From Halorutilales archaeon Cl-col2-1 (GTDB taxonomy: Archaea; Halobacteriota; Halobacteria; Halobacteriales; Afararchaeaceae), in NCBI GenBank assembly GCA_041891055.1, contig CP169074.1:736001-800000 (forward strand): a DNA stretch of 64,000 bases. Direction: 5' to 3'. The notes beneath the pieces were generated by a model that worked only from the letters and a program-made list of their open reading frames with translations, was not told where the DNA came from and did not search any database. Position 1 is the first letter of the stretch. Every line of letters starts with the position of its first letter. The position numbers and the translations under genes are program-made. Positions 10,457 through 19,104 of the stretch are shown in pieces.

Positions 10457-11628
10457 TCACGGTGGGTCTCGCGGGAAAGCCCAACGCGGGTAAGTCGACC
10501 TTCTTCAAGGCGGCGACGAGTGCGGACGTAGAGGTCGGCAACTACCCTTTCACGACGATAGAGGCGAACAGAGGGGTCACCCACGTCCGTACCGACTGTC
10601 CGTGTCTCGAACTCGACGAGAGATGTGGCAACTGCAGAGACGGAAGACGGTACGTCCCGGTCGAGATAATAGACGTCGCGGGGCTCGTTCCCGAGGCACA
10701 CAAGGGACGCGGTCTCGGAAACCAGTTCCTCGACGAGCTGAGACAGGCTGACGTCATAGTGCACGTCGTCGACGCCGCAGGTGCGACCGACTCGGAGGGC
10801 GAACCCGTGGCTGTCGGTGAACACAGCCCTGTCGAGGACGTCGACTTCCTCGAAGAAGAACTCGACATGTGGACATACGGTATTCTGAGGGACAACTGGG
10901 AAAAGATAGAGAGACGTTCGAGGACGCCTGACTTCGACTTCGAGTCGGAGCTAACCGACGTACTCACGGGTGTCGGAGCGACCGAGAACGAGATACGTCT
11001 CGCTCTGCGGAGGATAGACCAGCCCGAGAGCTTCGGCGACTGGGACGACTCCGACATAAGACTGCTTGCGAGGGAGATAAGACGTATCACGAAGCCGATA
11101 GCCGTCGCCGCGAACAAGGTCGACATAGCCCCAGACGACCTCATCGAGAACATCCTCAGTACTGAGGGCGTCGTCGTCCCGACGAGCGGTGAGTCAGAGC
11201 TAGCTCTCCGAAACGGAGACGAGTCGGGGGTGCTCAGCTACGCACCCGGCGACTCGGAGTTCGGGATTACAGGCGACGGCGTATCCGACTCACAGCTAAA
11301 GGCACTCGGGAAGATCGAGGACTTGATCGACGAGTACGGCGGTACTGGGATACAGAAGGTTCTCAACGACTCAGTCTACGGTCTCCTCGAACGCGTCACT
11401 GTCTACCCCGTCGAGAACGAGTCGGACTGGACCGACGGCTCGGGTAACGTGCTTCCCGACGCCTTCCTCCTCGAACGCGGATCGACTCCTGTCGACCTCG
11501 CCTACTCAGTCCACTCCGATGTCGGCGAGGGATATCTCCACGCCGTAGACGCGAGGACACGCCAGAGGATAGCCAATGACTACGAGGTTGAGGAAGGTGA
11601 CGTCATAAAGATCGTTAGTACTGCTTAA
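10453..11628 (+). CDS. ychF: Archaeal YchF/Obg-family ATPase/GTPase with TGS domain
   Basis: GKPNAGKST, YPFTTI, DVAGLV, NKVD, C-terminal TGS domain. Confidence 0.92.
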   Translation: MITVGLAGKPNAGKSTFFKAATSADVEVGNYPFTTIEANRGVTHVRTDCPCLELDERCGNCRDGRRYVPVEIIDVAGLVPEAHKGRGLGNQFLDELRQADVIVHVVDAAGATDSEGEPVAVGEHSPVEDVDFLEEELDMWTYGILRDNWEKIERRSRTPDFDFESELTDVLTGVGATENEIRLALRRIDQPESFGDWDDSDIRLLAREIRRITKPIAVAANKVDIAPDDLIENILSTEGVVVPTSGESELALRNGDESGVLSYAPGDSEFGITGDGVSDSQLKALGKIEDLIDEYGGTGIQKVLNDSVYGLLERVTVYPVENESDWTDGSGNVLPDAFLLERGSTPVDLAYSVHSDVGEGYLHAVDARTRQRIANDYEVEEGDVIKIVSTA

Positions 11629-11706
11629 CTGTATTGGGCTGTGGTCTCAAGACTGCCCAAGAAGACCATATCTTTATAATTTGTGAACAAGTATCACAGT
11701 ATACGT

Positions 11707-12042
11707 ATGGATCGAACACTTTGGTACCTCGTAGCAGGTACAAGGGGGGGAGAGAACAGGGGAAGGATACTCTGGAAGTTAGTCGACAACCCGATGAACA
11801 CCAACCAGCTCGCAGAGGAGCTCGATCTCAACTACCGGACGGTGTCACATCACCTCGAAGTCCTAGAGGACAACAGCCTCATAGAGAAACACGGTGAGGG
11901 ATACGGCTGTCTCTACTTCCTCACGGAGAACATGGAGTCTAACGTCGACGAACTTGAGAAGATACTCATGAAGTCGGAGTACGACTTCTTCGAGACGTCC
12001 GAGACAGAAGCAGGATCAGAGGCAACGACAACCTCGACGTAG
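11707..12042 (+). CDS. ArsR/winged-helix transcriptional regulator
   Basis: LWYLVAGTRGGENR, NTNQLAEELDLNYRTVSHHL; ATG 11707. Confidence 0.88.
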   Translation: MDRTLWYLVAGTRGGENRGRILWKLVDNPMNTNQLAEELDLNYRTVSHHLEVLEDNSLIEKHGEGYGCLYFLTENMESNVDELEKILMKSEYDFFETSETEAGSEATTTST

Positions 12043-12079
12043 ATCCGAGTCCAAGTCGAAACCGTGGGTAGCCGGGGGA

Positions 12080-12532
12080 CTACTCCACTGACTCGAACTC
12101 TTCGTCGACCCTGTCGAGAACCGTCTCGAAGACCTCGCTTATCTCGTCGGCGAGATGCTGAAGCTCCGAGTTGCCTGTCACGGGTAGAACCTTCTGTGTG
12201 TCGACGCCTCGGACAACTATCTCGTCGGTGTCCTCGTCCTCGTAGACTACCATGTTACACGGCATCATAGCACCCATTCTCTTGTCAGTCGAGAGTGCCT
12301 CGTAAGCGTATTCGAGAGCGCAAGCCCCGAGAATACGGTAGTTGGGGAACTCCTCGTCTATGTTCTGCTGTATACCGTTTCCGGGGTCGAGGTCAGCCTG
12401 TATCCCCATGCCCTCTTCCTCAAGAGCCTCTATCACGAACTCGACGACTTCGTCGAAATCTCCTCTCACACGTGTCTCGACAGTGAACTCCATTCCACCG
12501 ACGGCATACATAGCCTTGTTCATCATCGACAT
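12080..12532 (-). CDS. DUF302 domain protein
   Basis: YRILGAC and MMPCNMVVYE motifs. Confidence 0.85.
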   Translation of the reverse strand: MSMMNKAMYAVGGMEFTVETRVRGDFDEVVEFVIEALEEEGMGIQADLDPGNGIQQNIDEEFPNYRILGACALEYAYEALSTDKRMGAMMPCNMVVYEDEDTDEIVVRGVDTQKVLPVTGNSELQHLADEISEVFETVLDRVDEEFESVE

Positions 12533-12664
12533 CTTATCTGATACTCGTCTTAAGGGAGCATAAATACACCGCGGTCTCCCAGACGGCTGAAAAACCGCAG
12601 AAATACGTCAGAATCAGACGACTTCGGCGTCTGTGTCTGTTAATCTCTGATTAACAGGCTAAGG

Positions 12665-13141
12665 CTAATTAATCGGAGATTGATGAACGTCTTCGACTTC
12701 AAGGAGACGTCTCTTTATACTCGTCTCTCCGGTGTAGTCTCCTATCCCAGACTCCTCGACTACCCTGTGGCACGGCAGGAGTACCGGAACCGGGTTGGAG
12801 ACGAGAGCCTCACGGACATCCTCGTAGTCGTCCTCGTCGGCACCTATCGACTCGGCGAGTTCTTCGTACGTGATAGTCGTTCCGCGGGGTATGTCACGCG
12901 TCCTGAGCAGAGCCGACCTCTCTATACCTCCGACTGTCAGCCCCACGTCGTACTCCGAGAGGTCGACTTCTTCTCCGTCGATGTACTCGAAGATCGAGTC
13001 GAGAACTTCGAGGTCGTCCTGTATGCTGTCTTCGTCGGGCGTCTCGGGAAACGAGACGCTAACGACCTTGTCTCCCGCCGTCCCGACCTGAACATATCTG
13101 TCGAGGTACTCCGAGTATCTATGGAAGATACCCGTCTTCAT
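12665..13141 (-). CDS. MGMT family (O6-alkylguanine-DNA alkyltransferase) protein
   Basis: IPRGTTITYEELA, NPVPVLLPCHRVV; overlaps the tbp stop (ATGA). Confidence 0.9.
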   Translation of the reverse strand: MKTGIFHRYSEYLDRYVQVGTAGDKVVSVSFPETPDEDSIQDDLEVLDSIFEYIDGEEVDLSEYDVGLTVGGIERSALLRTRDIPRGTTITYEELAESIGADEDDYEDVREALVSNPVPVLLPCHRVVEESGIGDYTGETSIKRRLLEVEDVHQSPIN

Positions 13142-13698
13142 CCTAAGAGATCGAGGTTCTCCAGTTCGTTGAGTATCCTGTCTACCGCTCTGTCGGCGTC
13201 CTCGGGCTTCTCTCCTCCTGTGACGACTAGCTTTCCGCTTCCGAAGAGGAGTACGACAACCTCGGGGTCGTCGAGACGGTAGACGAGACCCGGGAACTGC
13301 TCGGGCTCGTACTCTATGTTCTCGAGTCCGAGACCTATGGCTATTGCGTTGAGGTTGAGGTCGTGTCCGAGATCAGCGCTCGCGACTATGTTCTGTACTG
13401 TGATCTCGGGACTCTCCTCGACGTCTATGCCGAGTCCACGGAGCTTCTCGAAGACTATCTTGAGACCCTCGTCGACGTCGTCTATGCTCTTCGCTCCCGT
13501 ACAGACGATCTTACCCGACCTGAATATGAGTGCCGCAGTCTTGGGCTCCGCCGTACGGTAGACGAGACCCGGGAACTGGTCGGGATCATAATCCGCTCCT
13601 TCCATGTCCATAGTGACCTGCTGGAGATCGAGCTCCTGTCCGATTGAGGTTGATGCAACTACGTTCTCTATCTCGATTGTGTCCTTTGGATCAACCAT
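13138..13698 (-). CDS. tbp: TATA-box binding protein
   Basis: Two repeats, ENVVAS/QNIVAS and YDPDQFPGLVYR/YEPEQFPGLVYR; start refined to ATG 13698. Confidence 0.97.
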   Translation of the reverse strand: MVDPKDTIEIENVVASTSIGQELDLQQVTMDMEGADYDPDQFPGLVYRTAEPKTAALIFRSGKIVCTGAKSIDDVDEGLKIVFEKLRGLGIDVEESPEITVQNIVASADLGHDLNLNAIAIGLGLENIEYEPEQFPGLVYRLDDPEVVVLLFGSGKLVVTGGEKPEDADRAVDRILNELENLDLLG

Positions 13699-13833
13699 TT
13701 CGTTTAAACCTCTATTTAAAGTCTTATAAAGGTTGGTGAAAAACATAACGTGATCGGAGAGAGACATAGACGATAATGGGATTCCGATACCCGACCGAGG
13801 GAGTTATTACAGACGCCCTCACGTCTTTAGCCT

Positions 13834-14817
13834 GTGTACCTCCTCGAACTCAAGAGCTCGAACCACGAACTCGCTCTCGCGGAGGCACGCTCCGTCGGAG
13901 ATGTCTACGAGACAGCTAGAGGAGTCGCCGTCTGTAAGGCACTCGACCTCGAACGCGCGAAGACACTCGGTATGTCACACCGTGTCCTGAGGTACATGGC
14001 TAAGTCGGACGTCTCACTCGAAGGCGTCCTGAGTGCGGTCGAGACGTGTGAGTACGTCTTCTCGGGGAGCTTCAGCGTACGTGCTCGCGCTGTCGAGGAC
14101 ACAGAGACCCCTGTCGATACTGAGACCCTCGAACGGAAGGTTGGGAGTGTGATACACGAGAGGGGGCACGAAGTCGATCTCGAAGACCCCGACCACGAGT
14201 TCCGTCTCATCTTCACCGACGACAGCTGTTACTTCGGCGAGGTAGTCGTCGACGTCTCGAAGGAGTTCTCAGAACGTCCGACTGACAAGCCCTTCTTCAA
14301 GCCCGGTAGCATGTCGCCCATGCTCGCACGGACACTCGCCAACATCGCGGGTGCGGGAGAGTCGAGACTCGTCCTCGACCCGATGTGTGGCACGGGCGGT
14401 GTACTCGTCGAGGGCGGTCTCGTGGGATCAGAAGTCGTAGGGTTCGACTCCGACAGACAGGTTCTGAGAGGGGCGGAGACCAACCTGCGTGAGTATCTCG
14501 AAAGCGACGGATGGCACCTCGGAGCCGCAGACGCGTCACGTCTTCCACTCAGGGAGTCGTCGGTCGACTGTGCTGTGACGGACTTCCCGTACGGCAGAGC
14601 CTCGTCGGTCGACGCCGAGTCGGTGAGGTCACTCGCCGAAAACGTCTTAGACGAGCTTTCGAGAGTAGTAAGAGAAGAAGGGAGATGCGTCGTAGTCTGT
14701 GACAGATGGCTCGTAGACGAGGCGGAGGCGGCGGGCTTCGAGGTCGTCGAGAGGGTCGAGGACAGGGTACACAAGTCACTGACAAGACGGATTCTGGCTC
14801 TTGAGTCGAAGAAATGA
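13834..14817 (+). CDS. THUMP-domain tRNA m2G10/m2,2G10 methyltransferase (Trm11/TrmG10 family)
   Basis: THUMP-like N-terminus, KPFFKPGSMSP, LDPMCGTGG, TDFPYG, VHKSLTR; GTG start. Confidence 0.88.
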   Translation: MYLLELKSSNHELALAEARSVGDVYETARGVAVCKALDLERAKTLGMSHRVLRYMAKSDVSLEGVLSAVETCEYVFSGSFSVRARAVEDTETPVDTETLERKVGSVIHERGHEVDLEDPDHEFRLIFTDDSCYFGEVVVDVSKEFSERPTDKPFFKPGSMSPMLARTLANIAGAGESRLVLDPMCGTGGVLVEGGLVGSEVVGFDSDRQVLRGAETNLREYLESDGWHLGAADASRLPLRESSVDCAVTDFPYGRASSVDAESVRSLAENVLDELSRVVREEGRCVVVCDRWLVDEAEAAGFEVVERVEDRVHKSLTRRILALESKK

Positions 14818-15076
14818 GTCAAGTCTGACTCCATGTTCTAAGTCGTCTACAGAGAAAGCAGGCAGAGTGCCTTGGGGTCTTCAAAAAGCAGAGCTTTTTG
14901 GGATACGGAAAATCCTTTATTTTCCTTGACTTGACCCCGAGCGATTCACAATTGACGAGACCACACGAAGTAATAGTTGATGTTGTACACCGTGTTATTT
15001 GACCGTGTTTCGCCCATATCGGCTAGAGCCATGCTAAAAACTTAAGTATAATCGTGTCTAAGTATATACTGTAGAG

Positions 15077-15211
15077 ATGACTAAACGCCTCACCGTAGAC
15101 TTCGAGGACGATTTGTACAAGGAGTTCTCGAAGAAATGCATCGACGCTGAACGTCCAAAGTCAGAAGTCGTGCGTGAACTTGTCCAAGACTGGGTAAACG
15201 ACCAAGAATGA
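15077..15211 (+). CDS. Small ribbon-helix-helix (CopG/ParG-like) protein, 44 aa
   Basis: Below the ORF-track cutoff: MTKRLTVDFEDDLYKEFSKKCIDAERPKSEVVRELVQDWVNDQE; ATGA overlap with tnpB. Confidence 0.8.
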   Translation: MTKRLTVDFEDDLYKEFSKKCIDAERPKSEVVRELVQDWVNDQE

Positions 15212-16524
15212 CGCAGACACAGGCTCTCACCAAGACACTCGTGTTTCCGTTGGACGTACAGAGTGGCAACGAGAGCCTGCTTCACGACGCCCGCTTGGAG
15301 TGTCGCCGCGTATTCAACGAGGTGCTACGCCTCAACTACGACGGGTGGGACTGGGACAAGATTGAGGATGTTGTCGAACAGAACGCAGACCTCGTACAAA
15401 ACACCGCACAGCGTATCATCGACAAAGCCTTCGACGCACTCGACAACTACTACGACAACGACGACTGGGGACGCCCGTGGTACAAACACGAGACGTTCCC
15501 GCTGCGGATGAACTACGGCGAAGGCTACAACCTCTTTCTCGAAGACGAAACGGTACGGTTCCGCATCAGTGCGAAGCCGTACAACCACGTCAAAGGCGAG
15601 CTTCGGGGCTCAAAAGACCAGTTCGACCTGCTTACGCAGGCGATGGAAGCTGATGACTGGCACGTTGGCACTGCCGAAGCACTCTGCCGAAACGGGCGTG
15701 AAGAACTGCACGTCACCGTCACGAACGAAACTGCCGAAGTCGAAACGAAAACAGCCGCAGAAACCGTCGTCGGCGTCGATATTAACGAAGACTGTGTTGC
15801 ACTGGCAGCACTAACCGAACGCGGTATCGAGGATTCAATCGTTATCGACTATCCGGAAATCAAGGAAGAACGACACCGCTATTTCACGATACGGAAACGG
15901 ATGCAAGAAGCTGGACAGACCGCGTTCAACGACGTGTTCCGCGACAAGGAGCAGCGGTTCGTTCACGACCAGCTACACACGGTGTCACGGCGCGTGGTCG
16001 AGTGGATTCAACGGTTCGACAGTCCCGTAATTGTCTTTGAAGACCTCAAAGACATGCGAGACGACATTGAGTACGGGACTCGCATGAACCGGCGACTCCA
16101 TTCACTACCGTTCGCCAAACTCCGGGACTTCATCACGTACAAAGCCGCGTGGCACGGGATTCCGTCAGATGATGTTGACCCGGAGTACACCAGCCAACAG
16201 TGTCCGGTCTGTGGACACACAGAGCGGACGAACCGTAACGGAAAGCGGTTCAAGTGCTGTGACTGCGAACATCAAGACCACGCTGACCGTGGCGCTGGTA
16301 TCAGTGTCGCACAGAAATGGCTGAGAACACAAGAGGACAGAAATGTGCCTGCTCTCAACACACTCCCGCAAGTGCGGAAATGGGAGTTGCGACGGCAGGC
16401 ATCGGGGCCTGTGGACGGCCCGACCGTGACCCACCACACCGTTGAAGGCTACCATGCCGATGGTGTGTCGGGTGTGTCCGACCAATCCACGGGAAGAAGC
16501 TCCGGGGTCGTACGGAGGACGTAG
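15208..16524 (+). CDS. tnpB: RNA-guided endonuclease TnpB
   Basis: RuvC-I VGVDIN, RuvC-II VFEDL, YTSQQCPVCG...FKCCDC zinc finger, RuvC-III HADRG. Confidence 0.95.
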   Translation: MTQTQALTKTLVFPLDVQSGNESLLHDARLECRRVFNEVLRLNYDGWDWDKIEDVVEQNADLVQNTAQRIIDKAFDALDNYYDNDDWGRPWYKHETFPLRMNYGEGYNLFLEDETVRFRISAKPYNHVKGELRGSKDQFDLLTQAMEADDWHVGTAEALCRNGREELHVTVTNETAEVETKTAAETVVGVDINEDCVALAALTERGIEDSIVIDYPEIKEERHRYFTIRKRMQEAGQTAFNDVFRDKEQRFVHDQLHTVSRRVVEWIQRFDSPVIVFEDLKDMRDDIEYGTRMNRRLHSLPFAKLRDFITYKAAWHGIPSDDVDPEYTSQQCPVCGHTERTNRNGKRFKCCDCEHQDHADRGAGISVAQKWLRTQEDRNVPALNTLPQVRKWELRRQASGPVDGPTVTHHTVEGYHADGVSGVSDQSTGRSSGVVRRT

Positions 16525-16600
16525 TCTTCCGTGATGACGAGAGACTTCGTCTCTCGAACCACTTGACCTCGGAGCAGTTCACCAAACGGTTTAATGTGTG
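16380..16600 (+). ncRNA. Predicted omegaRNA (reRNA/sotRNA) of TnpB; scaffold ends at 16582, guide from the flank
   Basis: Structured right end overlapping the tnpB 3' end, as established for IS200/IS605; 5' boundary is a guess. Confidence 0.6.
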
Positions 16601-16618
16601 TATTACGTACGTAGTAGT

Positions 16619-16876
16619 ATGCAGAAGGACGAAGTTATACATATCCATGCTCTCCTCCATGAGACCATGGAGTTCCTGGAGAAGAACGACCTCGCTTCCT
16701 TCGACGACTCTTCTCTCGACGTACGACCTACCGACGTACACAAGCCAAAGGAAGAACACGAGAAGGCTGTCTTCGCACTCGGAAACCAGCTCGCAGACGC
16801 TATGGCAGAAGACGAGTTCTCGGACATCGGGAGGGTGAGACAGAGAATGAAGGAACTCATAGAGGAGCGTAACTGA
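16619..16876 (+). CDS. UPF0058 family protein
   Basis: MQKDEVIHIHALL...VRPTDVHKPKEEHEKAVFALG; ATG 16619. Confidence 0.85.
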   Translation: MQKDEVIHIHALLHETMEFLEKNDLASFDDSSLDVRPTDVHKPKEEHEKAVFALGNQLADAMAEDEFSDIGRVRQRMKELIEERN

Positions 16877-16885
16877 TCTTCTACA

Positions 16886-17131
16886 TTGTCCTCGCACTAC
16901 GTCTACGTCGTCGAGTGTTCCGACGGAAGCCTCTATACAGGCTACACCACAGACGTTGAGAGACGCCTTGAGGAGCACAACTCGGGCGACGGTGCTAAGT
17001 ACACACGTGGGAGGACACCGGTCAAGTTGGTACACGAGGAGGAGTACGGATCACGTTCTGAGGCTATGCGACGTGAACACGAGATAAAACAGATGTCACG
17101 TGACGAGAAACTCGACTTAGTCACTGGTTAG
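16886..17131 (+). CDS. GIY-YIG nuclease family protein (UPF0213)
   Basis: [33 protein letters not shown]; TTG start. Confidence 0.92.
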   Translation: MSSHYVYVVECSDGSLYTGYTTDVERRLEEHNSGDGAKYTRGRTPVKLVHEEEYGSRSEAMRREHEIKQMSRDEKLDLVTG

Positions 17132-17564
17132 CTATCTGCCACGTCCATCTCGCGTCTAAGACGTACCTGTATACCCCGGATATTAGTATGCCTACGCCGT
17201 TCGCAACTATGTATCCGAGGTCACCCCATGATCCGAGACCTCCCCACGTCACGAGTGCGTAGAGTATACCTACCTGTATTGGAATCGCCGACCCCCTCAC
17301 CGCGTTCGTCCTCACGAGACCACGTATGTACTCGCCCCTGTCGGTGTGACGCACGACCTTGAATGTCCACGCGTTGTTGATTACGTACTGGAGTACGATG
17401 GTGATCTCTATAGCGACGACCGCGGCGGCGACATAGTACAGCCCGAGTGCCTCGACGAAGCCCCAGAGTAAGAGAGTCTGGACTCCCGCTGCGAAGACTC
17501 CTACCACGAAGAACTTGAGAACGCGTCCCCGCGGCGGTGCGAGGATATCCGTGACTCTCGACAC
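17121..17564 (-). CDS. GtrA family membrane protein
   Basis: KFFVVG, INNAWTF, four hydrophobic segments; GTG start. Confidence 0.85.
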   Translation of the reverse strand: MSRVTDILAPPRGRVLKFFVVGVFAAGVQTLLLWGFVEALGLYYVAAAVVAIEITIVLQYVINNAWTFKVVRHTDRGEYIRGLVRTNAVRGSAIPIQVGILYALVTWGGLGSWGDLGYIVANGVGILISGVYRYVLDARWTWQIANQ

Positions 17565-17567
17565 CTC

Positions 17568-19004
17568 TTATCTATATCCGAGTGCTTCGAGACGTTTGGA
17601 AACCTCGTCAGACATCTCTTCCTCTTCGTGACTCTCGTTCGAGAGAACTTCCTCGGCACGTTCATGAACCCTACGCCGGAAGGACTCTATAATCTCGGTG
17701 TCTTCGAACTCGGTATTCGACTCGGAGTATAGGTCGTTCTTCTCGAACTCGTCCTCGGCCGTGTTGTAAAGCTCCTTCTCACCGGTTTCGGCGTTCTGTA
17801 TGTAGGTCCAGTCGGAGGTACGTGCGCTCACGAGGAGGTCGCCCTCATCGGGAGTCTTCGGAATCGGCTGCTGTGTCACGGAGTCGCCCCTGACCGTCAC
17901 CGAGACTACGGGCTCGTCGTCTGGGCCGTCTCGGAGGAGGCTTTCTCCCTCCCAGCCCTCGGGAGGAGTCACACCCATGACGTCACATACCGTCGGTGGC
18001 ACCGAGTTGAGTCCGACGGGCTCCGAGACCGAGTCGGCTTCTAAGCCGTCTTTGGGGAGGTCTACCATCAGAGGCACGTTTATTAGCTCGTTGTAGAGCT
18101 TTGGGTAATGTGCGAGATGTCCGTGTTCCTGGAACTCCTCGCCGTGGTCACCCGCTACGACTACACACGTCTCGTCCCTGATACCCTCATCGGAGAGTAG
18201 ACTCAGGAGACGTCCTATGCTCTCGTCGACCTGTCGGACGGTCGCGTCGTAGAGAGTCCGGAGACGTGAGAGCATCTTTTCGTCGACGTCCCAGCCGAGT
18301 CCCGTGTAGAGATGTGCTCTTAGCATCCCGACGGTTCCCATGTGGCTCGAAGAGACCTCACGGACGTGGCGGGGCGCGGGGACATACGGCGTGTGAGTGT
18401 CCATGTAATGTATCCAGACGAAGAAGGACTCGTCCGACCTCTCACGTATGAACTCCTCCGCACGGTTCTCCAACTCGATCATACGTGATGTGTCGGCGAA
18501 ATGTGTGTCGTCGCCCTCGCGTTTGACAGCACTTGCGAGACGCTTAAAAGGCGACGTGCCTAGCTGTATCCAGCCCTGGACGGTGGGATGTGCCATGAGG
18601 TACTTCGAGTAGACAGTGTCGTTCGCCTCTATGAAGTCCTCGAACTCGTCGAATCCTCTGTCGTACTCCCAGTGGTGAGTCAGGAAACCGTTGGAGGCGT
18701 TGAAGCCGCCCGTTGAGATCCCCTCACGTGACAGAGCCTCGGCAAGTGTCGGCGTCTCAGGTGCTCCTATGTTACGGCTGTCGGAGAAGACGGATCTCGA
18801 AGCTAGGATGCTCGGAAACGAGAAGGGAGTCCAGTTGCCGTGCGCAAAGGCGTTCTCGAAGACTGTCGACGTAGATCGGCTCGAAAGTTCGCCTAAGACT
18901 GGTGTCACCTCGCTCTCGGGATCGTGTTCGACGGCGTCAGCCCGGAGCGAGTCGACGGTCACGAGTACCGTCTTCGTGGCTTCTGTAACCGGCTCGGCGC
19001 TCAT
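17568..19004 (-). CDS. Sulfatase-like alkaline phosphatase superfamily protein
   Basis: VTVDSLRAD, HYMDTHTPY, GDHGE, VPL, ELYN, C-terminal RLEALGY. Confidence 0.88.
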   Translation of the reverse strand: MSAEPVTEATKTVLVTVDSLRADAVEHDPESEVTPVLGELSSRSTSTVFENAFAHGNWTPFSFPSILASRSVFSDSRNIGAPETPTLAEALSREGISTGGFNASNGFLTHHWEYDRGFDEFEDFIEANDTVYSKYLMAHPTVQGWIQLGTSPFKRLASAVKREGDDTHFADTSRMIELENRAEEFIRERSDESFFVWIHYMDTHTPYVPAPRHVREVSSSHMGTVGMLRAHLYTGLGWDVDEKMLSRLRTLYDATVRQVDESIGRLLSLLSDEGIRDETCVVVAGDHGEEFQEHGHLAHYPKLYNELINVPLMVDLPKDGLEADSVSEPVGLNSVPPTVCDVMGVTPPEGWEGESLLRDGPDDEPVVSVTVRGDSVTQQPIPKTPDEGDLLVSARTSDWTYIQNAETGEKELYNTAEDEFEKNDLYSESNTEFEDTEIIESFRRRVHERAEEVLSNESHEEEEMSDEVSKRLEALGYR

Positions 19005-19104
19005 ACTTTGTCTTACAAGACATATGACTTTATACTGTCGGAGCGAGGCGACGGAGACCGAAACCGGGAAAAGTGCTTTAAATTAGAGATACGTGGCACG
19101 GTGT

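Larger units (their letters stand above)
14851..16582 (+). mobile_element. IS200/IS605-family (IS1341-type) element without tnpA: RHH gene plus tnpB
   Basis: Subterminal hairpins TTGGGGTC..GACCCCGA (14872-14940) and GCTCCGGGGTC..GACCTCGGAGC (16499-16575); right end ends TTCAC at 16582; left boundary approximate. Confidence 0.85.

Noticed and set aside
13270-13580. Direct repeat ACGGTAGACGAGACCCGGGAACTG within tbp
   Set aside because: Expected internal two-fold repeat of TBP (QFPGLVYR)
16886-17131. GIY-YIG protein as part of the tnpB element or a homing endonuclease
   Set aside because: Lies outside the right end, has host-like codons, and is the common stand-alone UPF0213 type
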